64,000 nucleotides of DNA from an uncultured Prochlorococcus sp. (GTDB lineage Bacteria; Cyanobacteriota; Cyanobacteriia; PCC-6307; Cyanobiaceae), in contig CACEFS010000001.1 of assembly GCA_902558895.1 (NCBI GenBank), positions 20,495 through 84,494 on the forward strand. Direction: 5' to 3'. Under the pieces are notes generated by a model. It worked only from the letters and a program-made list of their open reading frames with translations, ran no database searches and was not told the DNA's origin. This document shows positions 41,962 through 52,086 of this stretch, one piece after another. The translations under genes and the position numbers were made by a program. Within the stretch, counting starts at the first letter, position 1. Each line of letters begins with the position of its first letter.

Positions 41962-42051
41962 TTATGAAGTAAATACAGGCAATCCTATTGTTGCAGTTGT
42001 TATAAGAGCCCCTGCAAAAATCAAGAAAGGTAGAAAAGGGTAGTTTTTCAA
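41962..42051 (-). CDS. 29-aa hydrophobic micro-protein
   Basis: TTG start: MKNYPFLPFLIFAGALITTATIGLPVFTS*; lies downstream of pstB. Confidence 0.5.
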   Translation of the reverse strand: MKNYPFLPFLIFAGALITTATIGLPVFTS

Positions 42052-42158
42052 AGATAAACTTACTAATTCGAAATAACTATATAGGTATTTATACTGTTTG
42101 TCTACCCCTAAGCTTTCTTAAAAAGTAAAAATTATTCTTTTAAAGGCAAAATTATAAA

Positions 42159-42968
42159 TTAACCAAATTTACCTGATATATATTCCTGAGTGGTTTTTTC
42201 TTTTGGAGAGTTAAAAATTTTCTCAGTAGAATCAAATTCGGCAAGATAGCCGACTTTCCCTCCATCACCATCTTCGTATTCAACTGCATTAAAGAAAGCA
42301 GTCATATCACTGACTCTTAATGCCTGCTGCATATTATGGGTAACGATTATTATTGTGTAATTCTTCTTAAGTTCGTGCATCGTCTCTTCTATTTTCAAAG
42401 TAGAGATTGGATCTAAAGCTGAGCATGGCTCATCCATGAGAATTATTTCAGGCTCAATTGCGATGGTTCGAGCAATACATAATCTCTGTTGTTGTCCACC
42501 AGATAAAGAGTAACCACTATCATTTAATTTATCCTTACATTCACTCCATACAGCAGCTTTTCTCAAGGAACTTTCCACTAATTCATCCATATCTCCCGTA
42601 AAGCCATTGATTCTTGCTCCGAATGCAATATTTTCGTAGATAGATTTTGGAAAAGGATTAGGTTGCTGAAAAACCATTCCGATTCTTCTTCTAACTTCAA
42701 CTGGATCTACTCTTTTGTCATAGATATTAGTTCCATCAAAGAGGACTGTCCCTTTTAACGAACAATTAGGGATTAAATCGTTCATTCTATTCAAAGCTCT
42801 AAGAACGGTTGATTTACCACAACCAGAAGGGCCAATGAGTGAAGTTATATCTCCTGCTTTAAAATTTAAAAAAACATTTTTTACCGCTTCAAAAGTGCCA
42901 TAACTAATAGAAACATCCTCAAGAGATAAAATGTTTTTCTTTTGCGACTTTTTAGTGTTTTTAATCAT
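42159..42968 (-). CDS. pstB: Phosphate ABC transporter ATPase PstB
   Basis: [42 protein letters not shown] and YISGKFG. Start set to ATG 42968, just after the pstA stop. Confidence 0.97.
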   Translation of the reverse strand: MIKNTKKSQKKNILSLEDVSISYGTFEAVKNVFLNFKAGDITSLIGPSGCGKSTVLRALNRMNDLIPNCSLKGTVLFDGTNIYDKRVDPVEVRRRIGMVFQQPNPFPKSIYENIAFGARINGFTGDMDELVESSLRKAAVWSECKDKLNDSGYSLSGGQQQRLCIARTIAIEPEIILMDEPCSALDPISTLKIEETMHELKKNYTIIIVTHNMQQALRVSDMTAFFNAVEYEDGDGGKVGYLAEFDSTEKIFNSPKEKTTQEYISGKFG

Positions 42969-42969
42969 T

Positions 42970-43869
42970 TCATACCCTCTTAGTTTTCTCAGTAAAAGCG
43001 GCAAATATCCTTGAAAAAATATTAACTGTTAGTATTGATATGACAAGAATAAAGGAAGCCGCCCAGGCTAGTTTATTCTGTGCATCATAAGGTTCAAGGG
43101 CAAAATTATATATCAAAACAGCTAATGAGCCCATCTCGTAAAACAAATCTTCAAAACCTACTATGTAGTAGTAAGAAAATAAAGCAGTAAATATCAAAGG
43201 TGCTGTTTCGCCTGCAGCCCTTGCGATTCCAAGCACAACCCCAGTAGCAATAGATCTAAATGCTGTGGGTAAAGTTATTTTTAATATTGTTGTATACATA
43301 CTTGCTCCTATGCCTAGAGAAGCATACCTTAATTCATTTGGTACTAACTTTAAACCTTCATCAGTAGTTTTTATAACTGTAGGCAACATCAATATTGAAA
43401 GAGCCATACCTCCTGCAAAACCACTGTACATACTGCCAAATAAAATTTTTGTTGAAACGATTAAGGCATAAATAAATACACCGGCAATTATTGAAGGAAC
43501 ACCAGCTAAAACATTAACTCCGAATCTAATAAATTTTGAAAAAGGTCCTCCGTTTGAATATTCAGCTAGATATATGCCACCGCCAACACCTACTGGTATG
43601 GCAATAATTGAAGCAATAGTTGTAATAACTAGTGTCCCAATTAATGCAGGATTAATTCCTCCCGCATCTAAATCATCTCCAGGAGGATTTGGTTCTAAAG
43701 TAAATAATTCTGGTGTGATTTGAGCTCCCCCTTTAATAAGAATATATGTAACCACAAAAATCAAAGGAAGAATTGCAATGAGTGCACAAAAAACTGATAA
43801 AGAAGTAAAGAATTTATCTCCTACATTTCGTGATAGTTTTTTCTGGTAATAAAGAGAATTCATAATCAT
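42970..43869 (-). CDS. pstA: Phosphate ABC transporter permease PstA
   Basis: [15 protein letters not shown] and [10 protein letters not shown] motifs. Confidence 0.96.
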   Translation of the reverse strand: MIMNSLYYQKKLSRNVGDKFFTSLSVFCALIAILPLIFVVTYILIKGGAQITPELFTLEPNPPGDDLDAGGINPALIGTLVITTIASIIAIPVGVGGGIYLAEYSNGGPFSKFIRFGVNVLAGVPSIIAGVFIYALIVSTKILFGSMYSGFAGGMALSILMLPTVIKTTDEGLKLVPNELRYASLGIGASMYTTILKITLPTAFRSIATGVVLGIARAAGETAPLIFTALFSYYYIVGFEDLFYEMGSLAVLIYNFALEPYDAQNKLAWAASFILVISILTVNIFSRIFAAFTEKTKRV

Positions 43870-44817
43870 CTAATATTTGAGACTAAATTTCTTAACTAGC
43901 CATTGAGCAAAGATATTAACCACTAAAGATAGGATCATTAGTACAAAAGCCGCATAAAAAAGTGATGAGACCTGACTTCCATCGGCTTCACCAAACTGGT
44001 TTGCAAGCATAGAAGAGATGGTATATCCAGGAGATAATAGTGACCAACTAAATACATTAGAATTTCCAATAATCATCGTGACAGCCATGGTTTCACCCAT
44101 TGCCCTGCCTAACGCCAATAGAACACCTGCCATAATTCCTGATAATGCCGCAGGCAAAATTACCGAAAATATAGTTTTCCATCTACTTGCACCAATTCCA
44201 TAGGAAGCATTCCTAAGCTTTTTGGGAACTTGATTCAGACTATCTCTAGCTATCGAGGTCACTATTGGTAAAAGCATTACCACTAAAATTATTATCGCTA
44301 AAAGTGAATTCCGACCTGCAGGCTCCGCACTAAATAAAGGAATCCAACCAAAGAATTTATGTAAAAAAACAAAAAACTCTCTAAAGAAAGGTTCCATAAC
44401 AAATATCGCCCATAATCCCAATACGACAGATGGTATAGCTGCTAGTAATTCAACAAATGAACCTACTATTTCTCTGACAAATTTCGGAACAAAATCCTCT
44501 GTAATAAATATCGCAGTTCCAACACCTAAAGGGATAGTAATCAATAATGAAAGAAGAGAAGTAACTAATGTCCCATATATTGCTGTAAAAGCTCCATATT
44601 CATCTTTTACTGGATTCCATTCAGAAGTTACTAGAAAATTTAAGCCATACCTTGAAAATGATTCAAATGACTGAAAAAAGACTACTAAAATAATTCCAAA
44701 AAGTACTATTGCAACAATACTAGACAAGGCTAGGGTTGTATTTTTAAAGATTAAATCTATATTTTTTTCAATTCCGAATCTTTTACGATTCTTGAAAAGA
44801 GTTAATTTCTCTTCCAT
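43870..44817 (-). CDS. pstC: Phosphate ABC transporter permease PstC
   Basis: VELLAAIPSVVLGLW and LGRAMGETMAV motifs. Confidence 0.96.
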   Translation of the reverse strand: MEEKLTLFKNRKRFGIEKNIDLIFKNTTLALSSIVAIVLFGIILVVFFQSFESFSRYGLNFLVTSEWNPVKDEYGAFTAIYGTLVTSLLSLLITIPLGVGTAIFITEDFVPKFVREIVGSFVELLAAIPSVVLGLWAIFVMEPFFREFFVFLHKFFGWIPLFSAEPAGRNSLLAIIILVVMLLPIVTSIARDSLNQVPKKLRNASYGIGASRWKTIFSVILPAALSGIMAGVLLALGRAMGETMAVTMIIGNSNVFSWSLLSPGYTISSMLANQFGEADGSQVSSLFYAAFVLMILSLVVNIFAQWLVKKFSLKY

Positions 44818-44940
44818 TAAAAAAAGAATATTTCTACAAATCTACTATTAAATATTGGAAAAGACTTTAAGATGGGTTAAAGGTATATGAAAGTCATGAA
44901 AAGTTAACATCCTTAAATTAATTTCTTCAAAAATTTTTTC

Positions 44941-44972
44941 TTTAACTTTACTTAACCATAGGTGAATATTAT
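44941..44972 (+). promoter_or_regulatory. Pho-box-like promoter of the 68-aa gene
   Basis: TTTAACTT (44941) and CTTAACCA (44951), an 8-nt gap, then -10 TATTAT at 44967. Similar repeats TTTAACCC/CTTAAAGT lie on the minus strand at about 44864-44881, facing pstC. Confidence 0.65.
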
Positions 44973-44994
44973 TTACTGAATAACAATTGAGGGA

Positions 44995-45201
44995 ATGTTT
45001 AAATACAAAGAATTCATTGCTCAAATCAAATATAAAGAAGTAATATCTTCCCCTGTATATTTTATTCCTGTTTTGCTTCTATCCATAATGATTATTATTG
45101 AAGGTTTTCACATCTTTAACCACAAACAAAACTGCAAAACTAAAGCTGAGTGGATGGAACAATCAGGAATGACTTATGACAGGGAATCAGAAGTTAATTA
45201 A
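44995..45201 (+). CDS. 68-aa single-TM protein, probably PhoB-regulated
   Basis: RBS GAGGGA; TM segment VYFIPVLLLSIMIIIEGFH; Pho-box-like repeats upstream. Confidence 0.75.
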   Translation: MFKYKEFIAQIKYKEVISSPVYFIPVLLLSIMIIIEGFHIFNHKQNCKTKAEWMEQSGMTYDRESEVN

Positions 45202-45219
45202 TAAAATCTAAAATATAAT

Positions 45220-45540
45220 TTATTCGCAACAACGTTTTCTATTTGAGGAATAATCTGTCAAAGAAGTTATCCATTCCTTTATCAAAAAGAGAGATTCTTT
45301 ATTTAGGCTGTAATACACCCATCTACCTTCTTGCCTGTCTGCGATAAGACCAGCTTCCTTCAAAATTTTTATGTGATATGAAATTCTTGATTGAGATAAC
45401 TTAGTTAATTTCATAATATCGCAAACACAAACTTCTCCCTCCATCATTAGGTCTATTATTTCTAGCCTAAAAGGATCAGAAAATGAAACCATCAACTTAG
45501 ATATATCTTCTTTTTTTACTTTGCTAATATCTTTTAACAA
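45220..45540 (-). CDS. arsR: ArsR/SmtB-family metalloid-sensing repressor
   Basis: SDPFRLEI, EVCVCDI, LSQSRISYHIKILKEAGLI, RQEGRWVYY and a C-terminal CC. Confidence 0.92.
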   Translation of the reverse strand: MLKDISKVKKEDISKLMVSFSDPFRLEIIDLMMEGEVCVCDIMKLTKLSQSRISYHIKILKEAGLIADRQEGRWVYYSLNKESLFLIKEWITSLTDYSSNRKRCCE

Positions 45541-45594
45541 TTTTAAAGTAATTAAATTTTCCTAAATATAGCTTAAATAAAAAAGATTTCATTA

Positions 45595-45635
45595 ATCAAA
45601 ACATCTTGATACATCAAAATATTTTGATGTATAAT
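45595..45635. promoter_or_regulatory. ArsR operator overlapping the gap3 promoter
   Basis: Two ATCAA-N6-TTGAT units; the second lies within the perfect 24-bp palindrome ATACATCAAAATATTTTGATGTAT (45609-45632). -35 TTGATA at 45606 and -10 TATAAT at 45630. Confidence 0.8.
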
Positions 45636-45655
45636 TTATATAGAAAATTTCAACA

Positions 45656-46681
45656 GTGATGAAAATTGGAATTAATGGTTTTGGAAGAATTGGCAGATTA
45701 GTTTTCAGAGCATTATGGGGCAGAGCTGATATAGAAATAACTCACATAAATGAGATAGCAGGAGATTCGAATGCTGCTGCGCATTTACTCGAATTCGATT
45801 CAGTCCATGGTAGATGGGTGAAAGATATAAAGGTTAAAGAAGAAGAAATAATAATTGATGGAAAGAAATTAACCTACACATCTTTTAAAAATTACCTTGA
45901 TGTTCCTTGGGAAAAATCTTCTGTAGATATTATTTTGGAATGTACAGGAAAGAATAAAAAGCCAGACAAACTAAATCCCTATTTTGATACTCTTGGGATG
46001 AAAAGAGTAATAGTAGCTTGTCCAGTCAAAGGAATTGTTGCAGAAGCTGAATCACTTAATATTGTTTACGGTATAAATCAAAGTCTTTATGACCCTTCCA
46101 AACATAAATTAGTAACTGCAGCATCCTGCACTACAAATTGTTTAGCTCCGATAGTAAAGGTAATTAATGAAAATTTTTCTATTAAACACGGTGCTATTAC
46201 AACTATTCACGATGTAACGAACACTCAAGTTCCTGTAGATTTTTATAAAAGTGATCTGAGGAGAGCAAGAGGATGTATGCAAAGTTTAATACCTACTACA
46301 ACTGGATCTGCTAAAGCTATCGCTGAGATCTTTCCTGAATTAAAAGGAAAATTAAATGGACATGCAGTAAGAGTTCCTCTACTTAATGGTTCTTTAACAG
46401 ATGCAGTTTTTGAATTAAATAAAGAAGTGACAACTGAACAAGTGAATTTGGCACTAAAGGAAGCTTCAGAAACTTATTTAAAAGGAATTCTTGGCTACGA
46501 AGAAAGACCTTTAGTTTCTGCAGATTATGTAAATGACTCTAGAAGTTCAATAGTTGATAGTTTATCAACGATGGTAGTTAATTCAAATTTATTAAAGATA
46601 TACGCTTGGTATGACAACGAGTGGGGTTACAGCTGCAGACTTGCAGATCTTACTGAATATGTAATCAAAAAAGAGATTTAA
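45656..46681 (+). CDS. gap3: ArsJ-associated glyceraldehyde-3-phosphate dehydrogenase
   Basis: [21 protein letters not shown] and WYDNEWGY; located between arsR and arsJ. Confidence 0.92.
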   Translation: MMKIGINGFGRIGRLVFRALWGRADIEITHINEIAGDSNAAAHLLEFDSVHGRWVKDIKVKEEEIIIDGKKLTYTSFKNYLDVPWEKSSVDIILECTGKNKKPDKLNPYFDTLGMKRVIVACPVKGIVAEAESLNIVYGINQSLYDPSKHKLVTAASCTTNCLAPIVKVINENFSIKHGAITTIHDVTNTQVPVDFYKSDLRRARGCMQSLIPTTTGSAKAIAEIFPELKGKLNGHAVRVPLLNGSLTDAVFELNKEVTTEQVNLALKEASETYLKGILGYEERPLVSADYVNDSRSSIVDSLSTMVVNSNLLKIYAWYDNEWGYSCRLADLTEYVIKKEI

Positions 46682-46692
46682 TTTATGTCTTT

Positions 46693-47952
46693 ATGAAGTT
46701 ATCTAATATTCAACAATATAGTGTTGTGACAGCAAACTATTGGGCGTTCACGCTTACCGACGGCGCATTAAGATTATTAGTTGTTGGTCACTTTCATGAG
46801 CTAGGTTACACAACTCTACAAATTGCTTTACTTTTCCTTTTTTATGAGTTTTTTGGAATAATTACTAATCTATATGGTGGTTGGATAGGAGCAAGATATG
46901 GCTTAAGGCTTACTTTATGGATTGGGACTATCCTTCAAATCATTGCTCTTTTTATGCTTATTCCAGTTAAGGAAGATTGGCCAGTAATTTTTAGTGTCGT
47001 ATACGTTATGGTTGCTCAAGCAGTAAGTGGAATAGCAAAAGATTTAAATAAAATGAGTGCTAAAAGTGCTGTTAAGACAGTTGTTCCAGAGACAAATAAT
47101 GGCAATGATACTGGCCAAAAACAACTTTTTAAATGGGTTGCCATTTTAACTGGATCTAAAAATGCTCTTAAAGGAGTTGGGTTTTTCTTGGGTGGGCTCT
47201 TGTATAAGTTATTTGGATTCAATAATGCTGTAGGAATTATGGGTTTTGGACTCTGCTTAGCCTTTTTATTGACATTAATTTTACCTGGAGAAATTGGCAA
47301 GATGAAAACCAAACCTGCTTTTAACGATCTATTTTCAAAATCAGATGCCATAAATATTCTTTCAGCGGCAAGATTCTTTCTTTTTGGAGCAAGAGATGTT
47401 TGGTTTGTTGTAGCTCTTCCAGTATTCCTTGATATGGCATTTGGTTGGGACTACATGGAAATAGGATTATTTCTTGGGGCCTGGGTAATAGGTTATGGAA
47501 TTGTTCAGGCTTCTGCTCCAGCAATTAGAAAGATATGGGGCCAGAAAGAAAGTCCAGATCGTAAAGCTATCCAATTTTGGAGTGCCGTATTAATGGTAAT
47601 ACCATCTTTGATAGGAGTCGCATTATGGAGAGAAAGTTCTCCATCAATAGCAATAATTTTAGGACTCACTATTTTTGGATTTGTTTTTGCAATGAATTCC
47701 TCTACACATTCTTATATGATTTTGGCCTACTCTGATAATGAAAAAGTCAGTTTAAATGTTGGCTTCTATTACATGGCAAATGCCACTGGAAGACTAGTTG
47801 GAACATTACTATCTGGCTTACTATTTATGATTGGGAGAAATCCGAATATTGGTCTTCAATATTGTCTTTATTTTTCATCACTTCTAATATTCTTATCTTG
47901 GATTTCCAGTCTTAAATTACCAACAATCAAACAAAGCCTATCAGCTCCATAA
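46693..47952 (+). CDS. arsJ: Organoarsenical efflux MFS permease ArsJ
   Basis: YWAFTLTDGALR, LFLFYEFFG, AKDLNKMSAKSA, LTGSKNALKG, FGARDVWFVV and VGFYYMANA motifs. Confidence 0.9.
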   Translation: MKLSNIQQYSVVTANYWAFTLTDGALRLLVVGHFHELGYTTLQIALLFLFYEFFGIITNLYGGWIGARYGLRLTLWIGTILQIIALFMLIPVKEDWPVIFSVVYVMVAQAVSGIAKDLNKMSAKSAVKTVVPETNNGNDTGQKQLFKWVAILTGSKNALKGVGFFLGGLLYKLFGFNNAVGIMGFGLCLAFLLTLILPGEIGKMKTKPAFNDLFSKSDAINILSAARFFLFGARDVWFVVALPVFLDMAFGWDYMEIGLFLGAWVIGYGIVQASAPAIRKIWGQKESPDRKAIQFWSAVLMVIPSLIGVALWRESSPSIAIILGLTIFGFVFAMNSSTHSYMILAYSDNEKVSLNVGFYYMANATGRLVGTLLSGLLFMIGRNPNIGLQYCLYFSSLLIFLSWISSLKLPTIKQSLSAP

Positions 47953-47982
47953 AGACTAATTTTTAGGAATTAGAATATTTTA

Positions 47983-49209
47983 ATGGCAAAAATATCCTTA
48001 ATTGAACTTGCAAAAACTTTCCTAAAAATTGGTATTTTAAGTTTTGGAGGACCCTATGCTCATATTTCCTTATTCGAAGATGAACTTATAAATAATAAAA
48101 AATTGATCTCAACTCAATCTTTTGAAAAAGGTATTGGATTATGTCAAATACTTCCAGGACCAATATCCACTCAATTAGCAATATATATAGGTCTTAAAAT
48201 AAATGGTTATCTTGGTGGATTGATATCAGGTATAAGTTTTATTATCCCAGGATTCATTTCGGTATTAGCTCTTAGTTTTTTTTGGCAAATTGGTTCTGGA
48301 TCAAAATTCTTAACAGATTTAATTTATTTTAATCCTCCCATTATTGCAGGAATAATATTTGCATTCTCATTAGTTCTATTAAAAAAAAGATTAAAGTTTG
48401 ATCGAATATTATTCTCCAGCTCAATATTATTTCTGCTCATATTTGCTAAATATAATAATATTCAATTTCCACTCATAACAATTCTTACTATTGCAGGATT
48501 GATAAATATATTTTTACAGAAATTCAAAGAAATTTATTATAGCTTGATCCCTTTATCTATATTTTCAACAACCTCATTTTTGATTAGCTCGGTCTTTTTT
48601 GATATATCCAATTTTTATAATTTTTTAAGGGAGTCTATAAACTCAAAATATTTAATAGATTATCTTAATCTGTTTTTTTTCTTCTTCAAATCGGGACTTT
48701 TTATTTTTGGAGGGGGATTTGTAATCATTCCTCTAATGAGTGATTATGTTGTCTCACAAGGATGGTTAACAAATAATGAATTTATAGATGGGATAATGAT
48801 TAGCCAGATAACACCAGGGCCTATCTTATTAATTACAAGTTTTATTGGATACAAAGCTGGGTTTTCGGTCGGAGGAATAAATGAAGCTTTAAAGTATTCA
48901 TTTATATCAACTTTTGCAATTTTTTTACCAAGTTTTTTATTGATTTTTGTTTTTGGAAAAGGCTTTATAAAAAACAGAATTGAATCGATTAATTACTTTA
49001 TCGAAGGAGTGATCAATACAATTCCTGGAGCAGTTATTTTCTCTGGATTTAATTTAATTGAAGATAGTTTTTCATCAAAATTCTTTTTAATTAGCTCTAT
49101 TTTTATAATTTTAATCTCTACACTATTATCTTTTTTAAAAATAGTTCCAACATACATACTCATTCTTTTTTCTTTAATATTAGGTTTGTCAAAATATTTT
49201 TTTGCATAA
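47983..49209 (+). CDS. chrA: Chromate ion transporter (CHR) family protein
   Basis: Two CHR repeats: [11 protein letters not shown]...CQILPGP and FIFGGG...SQITPGP. Confidence 0.88.
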   Translation: MAKISLIELAKTFLKIGILSFGGPYAHISLFEDELINNKKLISTQSFEKGIGLCQILPGPISTQLAIYIGLKINGYLGGLISGISFIIPGFISVLALSFFWQIGSGSKFLTDLIYFNPPIIAGIIFAFSLVLLKKRLKFDRILFSSSILFLLIFAKYNNIQFPLITILTIAGLINIFLQKFKEIYYSLIPLSIFSTTSFLISSVFFDISNFYNFLRESINSKYLIDYLNLFFFFFKSGLFIFGGGFVIIPLMSDYVVSQGWLTNNEFIDGIMISQITPGPILLITSFIGYKAGFSVGGINEALKYSFISTFAIFLPSFLLIFVFGKGFIKNRIESINYFIEGVINTIPGAVIFSGFNLIEDSFSSKFFLISSIFIILISTLLSFLKIVPTYILILFSLILGLSKYFFA

Positions 49210-49211
49210 AA

Positions 49212-49238
49212 AAAAGGAGGAAATAAATTCCTCCTTTT
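49212..49238. terminator. Bidirectional intrinsic terminator between chrA and pstS
   Basis: AAAAGGAGGAA-ATAAA-TTCCTCCTTTT between convergent stop codons. Confidence 0.85.
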
Positions 49239-49255
49239 AAATATTGTCCTACGGT

Positions 49256-50251
49256 TTATTTACCGATTCTTTTTACAGCAGCTCTTGACTTCTCAAGAAT
49301 ATCTCCTTTTAAGGGGACAAATCCAAGTGATGGAGCTTTGTCTTGATACTCATCACTTAACAATGTATTAAAGGCTTGTTTGATAGCTTTAGTGTTTCTA
49401 CCATTACCCTCTTCATAAGCAAGTATCCATGTTAATGAAGCTATAGGGTAAGCTCCTTTTGCAGTTGGATTAGGATTTTTACCCGCAAGATTTTCATCTA
49501 GAGTAATACCATTAAGAGCCTTTGCTCCAGCTTCTACAGATGGTTTTAGAAACTCACCTGAAAGATTTTGAAGTGCAGCAGCTTTAACATTTCCCTTAAT
49601 GTAGGACTGGTTAACATAACCAATTGCGCCTGGAGTGTTTTGAATAACACCTGCAACACCAGAATTACCTTTTGCTCCAACACCTGCTGGCCACTTAACT
49701 GATTTACCAGTTCCTAAAGTCCAGGTTTTTGAAAACGCTTCCATAGAGTTTGTGAAAGCCTTAGTAGTTCCTGATCCATCAGAACGATGTGCCCAAGTTA
49801 ACTTACCTGATTTACAGCCTAATTCTTTCCAATTTTTAACCATACCCATAGCAACCCTTACTGCTTGCTCTTGAGTAAGTTTCAAATCGCAATCATAGTT
49901 GTAACCAAAAGCAATAGTTCCTCCAACCATAGGAATCTGTACTAATCCTCTTTTTACCTTTGCTATATCCTTATCTTTCATAGGATCATCAGAAGCACCA
50001 AAGTTAACTGTCTGATCAATAAAAGCTTTTCTTCCAGAGCCTGAACCAACAGCTTGGTAATTTACTCTTGGCCCACCTGAAGAGGCTAAATCTTTGAACC
50101 AACGAGTATAAATTTTGGCAGGAAATGATGCTCCAGCACCACTTAATCTTGTTTTAGCAGAAACACTTGTGCCAGGAATACTTGTACCAGCAGCAATGGC
50201 TACTGCAGAAGTGAGAACCAAAGCTTTCTTAGCTATGTTCATGGATGTCAT
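49256..50251 (-). CDS. pstS: Phosphate-binding protein PstS
   Basis: GAGASFP, YQAVGSGSG, FGASD, HRSDGSGTT and YPIASLTW. The start may be the second Met (50242). Confidence 0.97.
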   Translation of the reverse strand: MTSMNIAKKALVLTSAVAIAAGTSIPGTSVSAKTRLSGAGASFPAKIYTRWFKDLASSGGPRVNYQAVGSGSGRKAFIDQTVNFGASDDPMKDKDIAKVKRGLVQIPMVGGTIAFGYNYDCDLKLTQEQAVRVAMGMVKNWKELGCKSGKLTWAHRSDGSGTTKAFTNSMEAFSKTWTLGTGKSVKWPAGVGAKGNSGVAGVIQNTPGAIGYVNQSYIKGNVKAAALQNLSGEFLKPSVEAGAKALNGITLDENLAGKNPNPTAKGAYPIASLTWILAYEEGNGRNTKAIKQAFNTLLSDEYQDKAPSLGFVPLKGDILEKSRAAVKRIGK

Positions 50252-50326
50252 GATTAAATGAAAGACTCCATATATATAGCATTTAATTACAACACAAATA
50301 ATATTTAATTAAAAGCTTATCCTTTA

Positions 50327-50356
50327 ATTAATTAGCTCTTAAACGCTTCTTAAACT
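50327..50356. promoter_or_regulatory. Pho-box-like tandem repeats in the pstS/porin divergent region
   Basis: ATTAATTA (50327), CTTAAACG (50338) and CTTAAACT (50349) with 11-bp periodicity. Confidence 0.5.
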
Positions 50357-50521
50357 TAATACTGATTAAGACACTGCTTTATTTAGTTTTGCAAATATTT
50401 GAAATAATATAGTTTGATTTTTCTTTTTTATATTAAAAGAAGTTTAACGATTTGAGAAATTGCTTTATTTATTTTAAGACTAATTTAAAATTTCTTTAAA
50501 TATTCCTTTTAGAATTTATAT

Positions 50522-50540
50522 CTTACTCTTTTCTTAACCT
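50522..50540 (+). promoter_or_regulatory. Pho box upstream of the porin
   Basis: CTTACTCT-TTT-CTTAACCT; the second half matches the cyanobacterial PyTTAAPyPyW consensus. Confidence 0.6.
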
Positions 50541-50592
50541 TGACTAGTTGAAGTGAATTCGGATTAATATCCATTTTTACGTGTTGAGGTTT

Positions 50593-51939
50593 ATGAAACT
50601 TTTTCAAAAACTAATTGCTGCACCTGCTATCATTTCGATTGCTTCGGGATTTGCAGTAAATGCTACTGAGATCAATAATACCGATCTTGGTCAATTTTCA
50701 AACTCTAACAATCTAGTATCTTTAGGTGATTTCAAATCAGATACTTTATTCCCAGGAGATTGGGCTTACGATTCATTAAAGGATCTTACAAACAGTCCAA
50801 AATTTAATGGCAACTCTATTACTCGTTTAGAAGCTGCTGCTGAATTAAGCAATCTGATAGCAGGTGGTGAAGGCCTAATGAAAGGAGCTGCAATAACTAG
50901 ACTAAGTGATGAACTTGGTTCTGAGTTGGCAATTATGAAAGGAAGAGTAGATGGCCTTGAAGCTCGTCTTGACGGAGTTGAAGCCGGTTCTTTCACTGAT
51001 ACTACCACTATGAAAGGAAAGGCTAAATTCTTGATTGGTGGTGCTGAAGGTCCTGATGGAACTGATGAAGCAGTCACAATGAATTACTTCTGGGAAATTG
51101 ATCTAAACACATCTTTTACAGGTGAAGACAAATTAAATGTAGAAATCGAAACAGGTAATACACCTGAAGATTTAGAAAATGGTTTGCTTAGCATCACAGA
51201 TTTTGGTAAAGATTCTGATGATGTCCTTAAAGTTTCTGACTTAAACTACACTTTCCCAGTTGGAGACTGGACTATAACTGTTGGTGATTCATTGGATGCA
51301 AGTAAGCAATTTACTGGTGCTTGTGAATTTGACAACATTGTTGATAATCTTAGTGATTGCGGAACAGGAAACTCTATTGCTGTTGGTGGTGATCAGTCAA
51401 TTAGTGCTGGTTATGATTTTGATAATGGTTTTTCAATTGGACTTGGTGTTTCAGCTGAAGATGGAGAAAAAGCTTCTCTAGATGATGACGGTGACCCACA
51501 AGACCACGGTATGTTCACAGCAGAAGGTGAAGACATTTATGCATTAAATGTTGGCTACTCAGCAGACCAATTTGGTATTGCGCTTGCTTATGCTGATGTT
51601 GATGTTGCAACATATTGGGGTCTTAATGCTTCCTACTCTCCTGAGAGTGCTCCTTTTACCATTAGTGGTGGTATAGAAGTTGGTGAAGAAGATGATGGTA
51701 CAGAAACTACACAATGGGCAGCGGGACTATCAACTGATCTTGGTTCCGGTACTTTAAGTGCTGGATTAGGAACAGATGGTTCTTATGATGATGGTGACGA
51801 TGCAACATACGCATATGAACTTTCATATGAATTTCCTATTAATGATGGGATGAAAGCAATCCCTTTCGTGGCGGTTGTTGAAGATGATGAAGAAGATAAT
51901 ACTACAATTGCAGGAATGCAAGTATCATTCAAATTCTAA
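50593..51939 (+). CDS. Cyanobacterial (Som/OprB-type) outer-membrane porin of the pho island, often annotated phoE
   Basis: MKLFQKL signal, SLH-like PGDWAY...ITRLEAAA, coiled coil ELGSELAIMKGRVDGLEAR and C-terminal SFKF. ATG at 50593 follows GAGG. Confidence 0.9.
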   Translation: MKLFQKLIAAPAIISIASGFAVNATEINNTDLGQFSNSNNLVSLGDFKSDTLFPGDWAYDSLKDLTNSPKFNGNSITRLEAAAELSNLIAGGEGLMKGAAITRLSDELGSELAIMKGRVDGLEARLDGVEAGSFTDTTTMKGKAKFLIGGAEGPDGTDEAVTMNYFWEIDLNTSFTGEDKLNVEIETGNTPEDLENGLLSITDFGKDSDDVLKVSDLNYTFPVGDWTITVGDSLDASKQFTGACEFDNIVDNLSDCGTGNSIAVGGDQSISAGYDFDNGFSIGLGVSAEDGEKASLDDDGDPQDHGMFTAEGEDIYALNVGYSADQFGIALAYADVDVATYWGLNASYSPESAPFTISGGIEVGEEDDGTETTQWAAGLSTDLGSGTLSAGLGTDGSYDDGDDATYAYELSYEFPINDGMKAIPFVAVVEDDEEDNTTIAGMQVSFKF

Positions 51940-51958
51940 TCATAATAACCAAATTTAT

Positions 51959-51989
51959 AAGGACCTCTAATTAGGAGGTCCTTTTTTTT
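51959..51989 (+). terminator. Intrinsic terminator after the porin
   Basis: AAGGACCTC-TAATTAG-GAGGTCCTT followed by a T-run. Confidence 0.88.
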
Positions 51990-52006
51990 GCTTACGTCCT
52001 ATAAAC

Positions 52007-52047
52007 CTTAAATTGTTCTTAATAAATTTATTTTTTTTTCTTAACTT
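52007..52047 (+). promoter_or_regulatory. Pho-box-like repeats upstream of phoA
   Basis: CTTAAATT (52007), CTTAATAA (52018) and CTTAACTT (52040), all in 11-bp phase. Confidence 0.55.
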
Positions 52048-52086
52048 TTTAACGACAATATAGAAAGGTGTTTTCTTACGCACTAA

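Noticed and set aside
41798-42043. 81-aa + strand ORF
   Set aside because: Low-complexity translation; the region is better explained by the 29-aa minus-strand peptide and the ACTCCCACAC element.
42969-43004. Extended pstB N-terminus ([12 protein letters not shown])
   Set aside because: Overlaps pstA; ATG 42968 follows the pstA stop directly.
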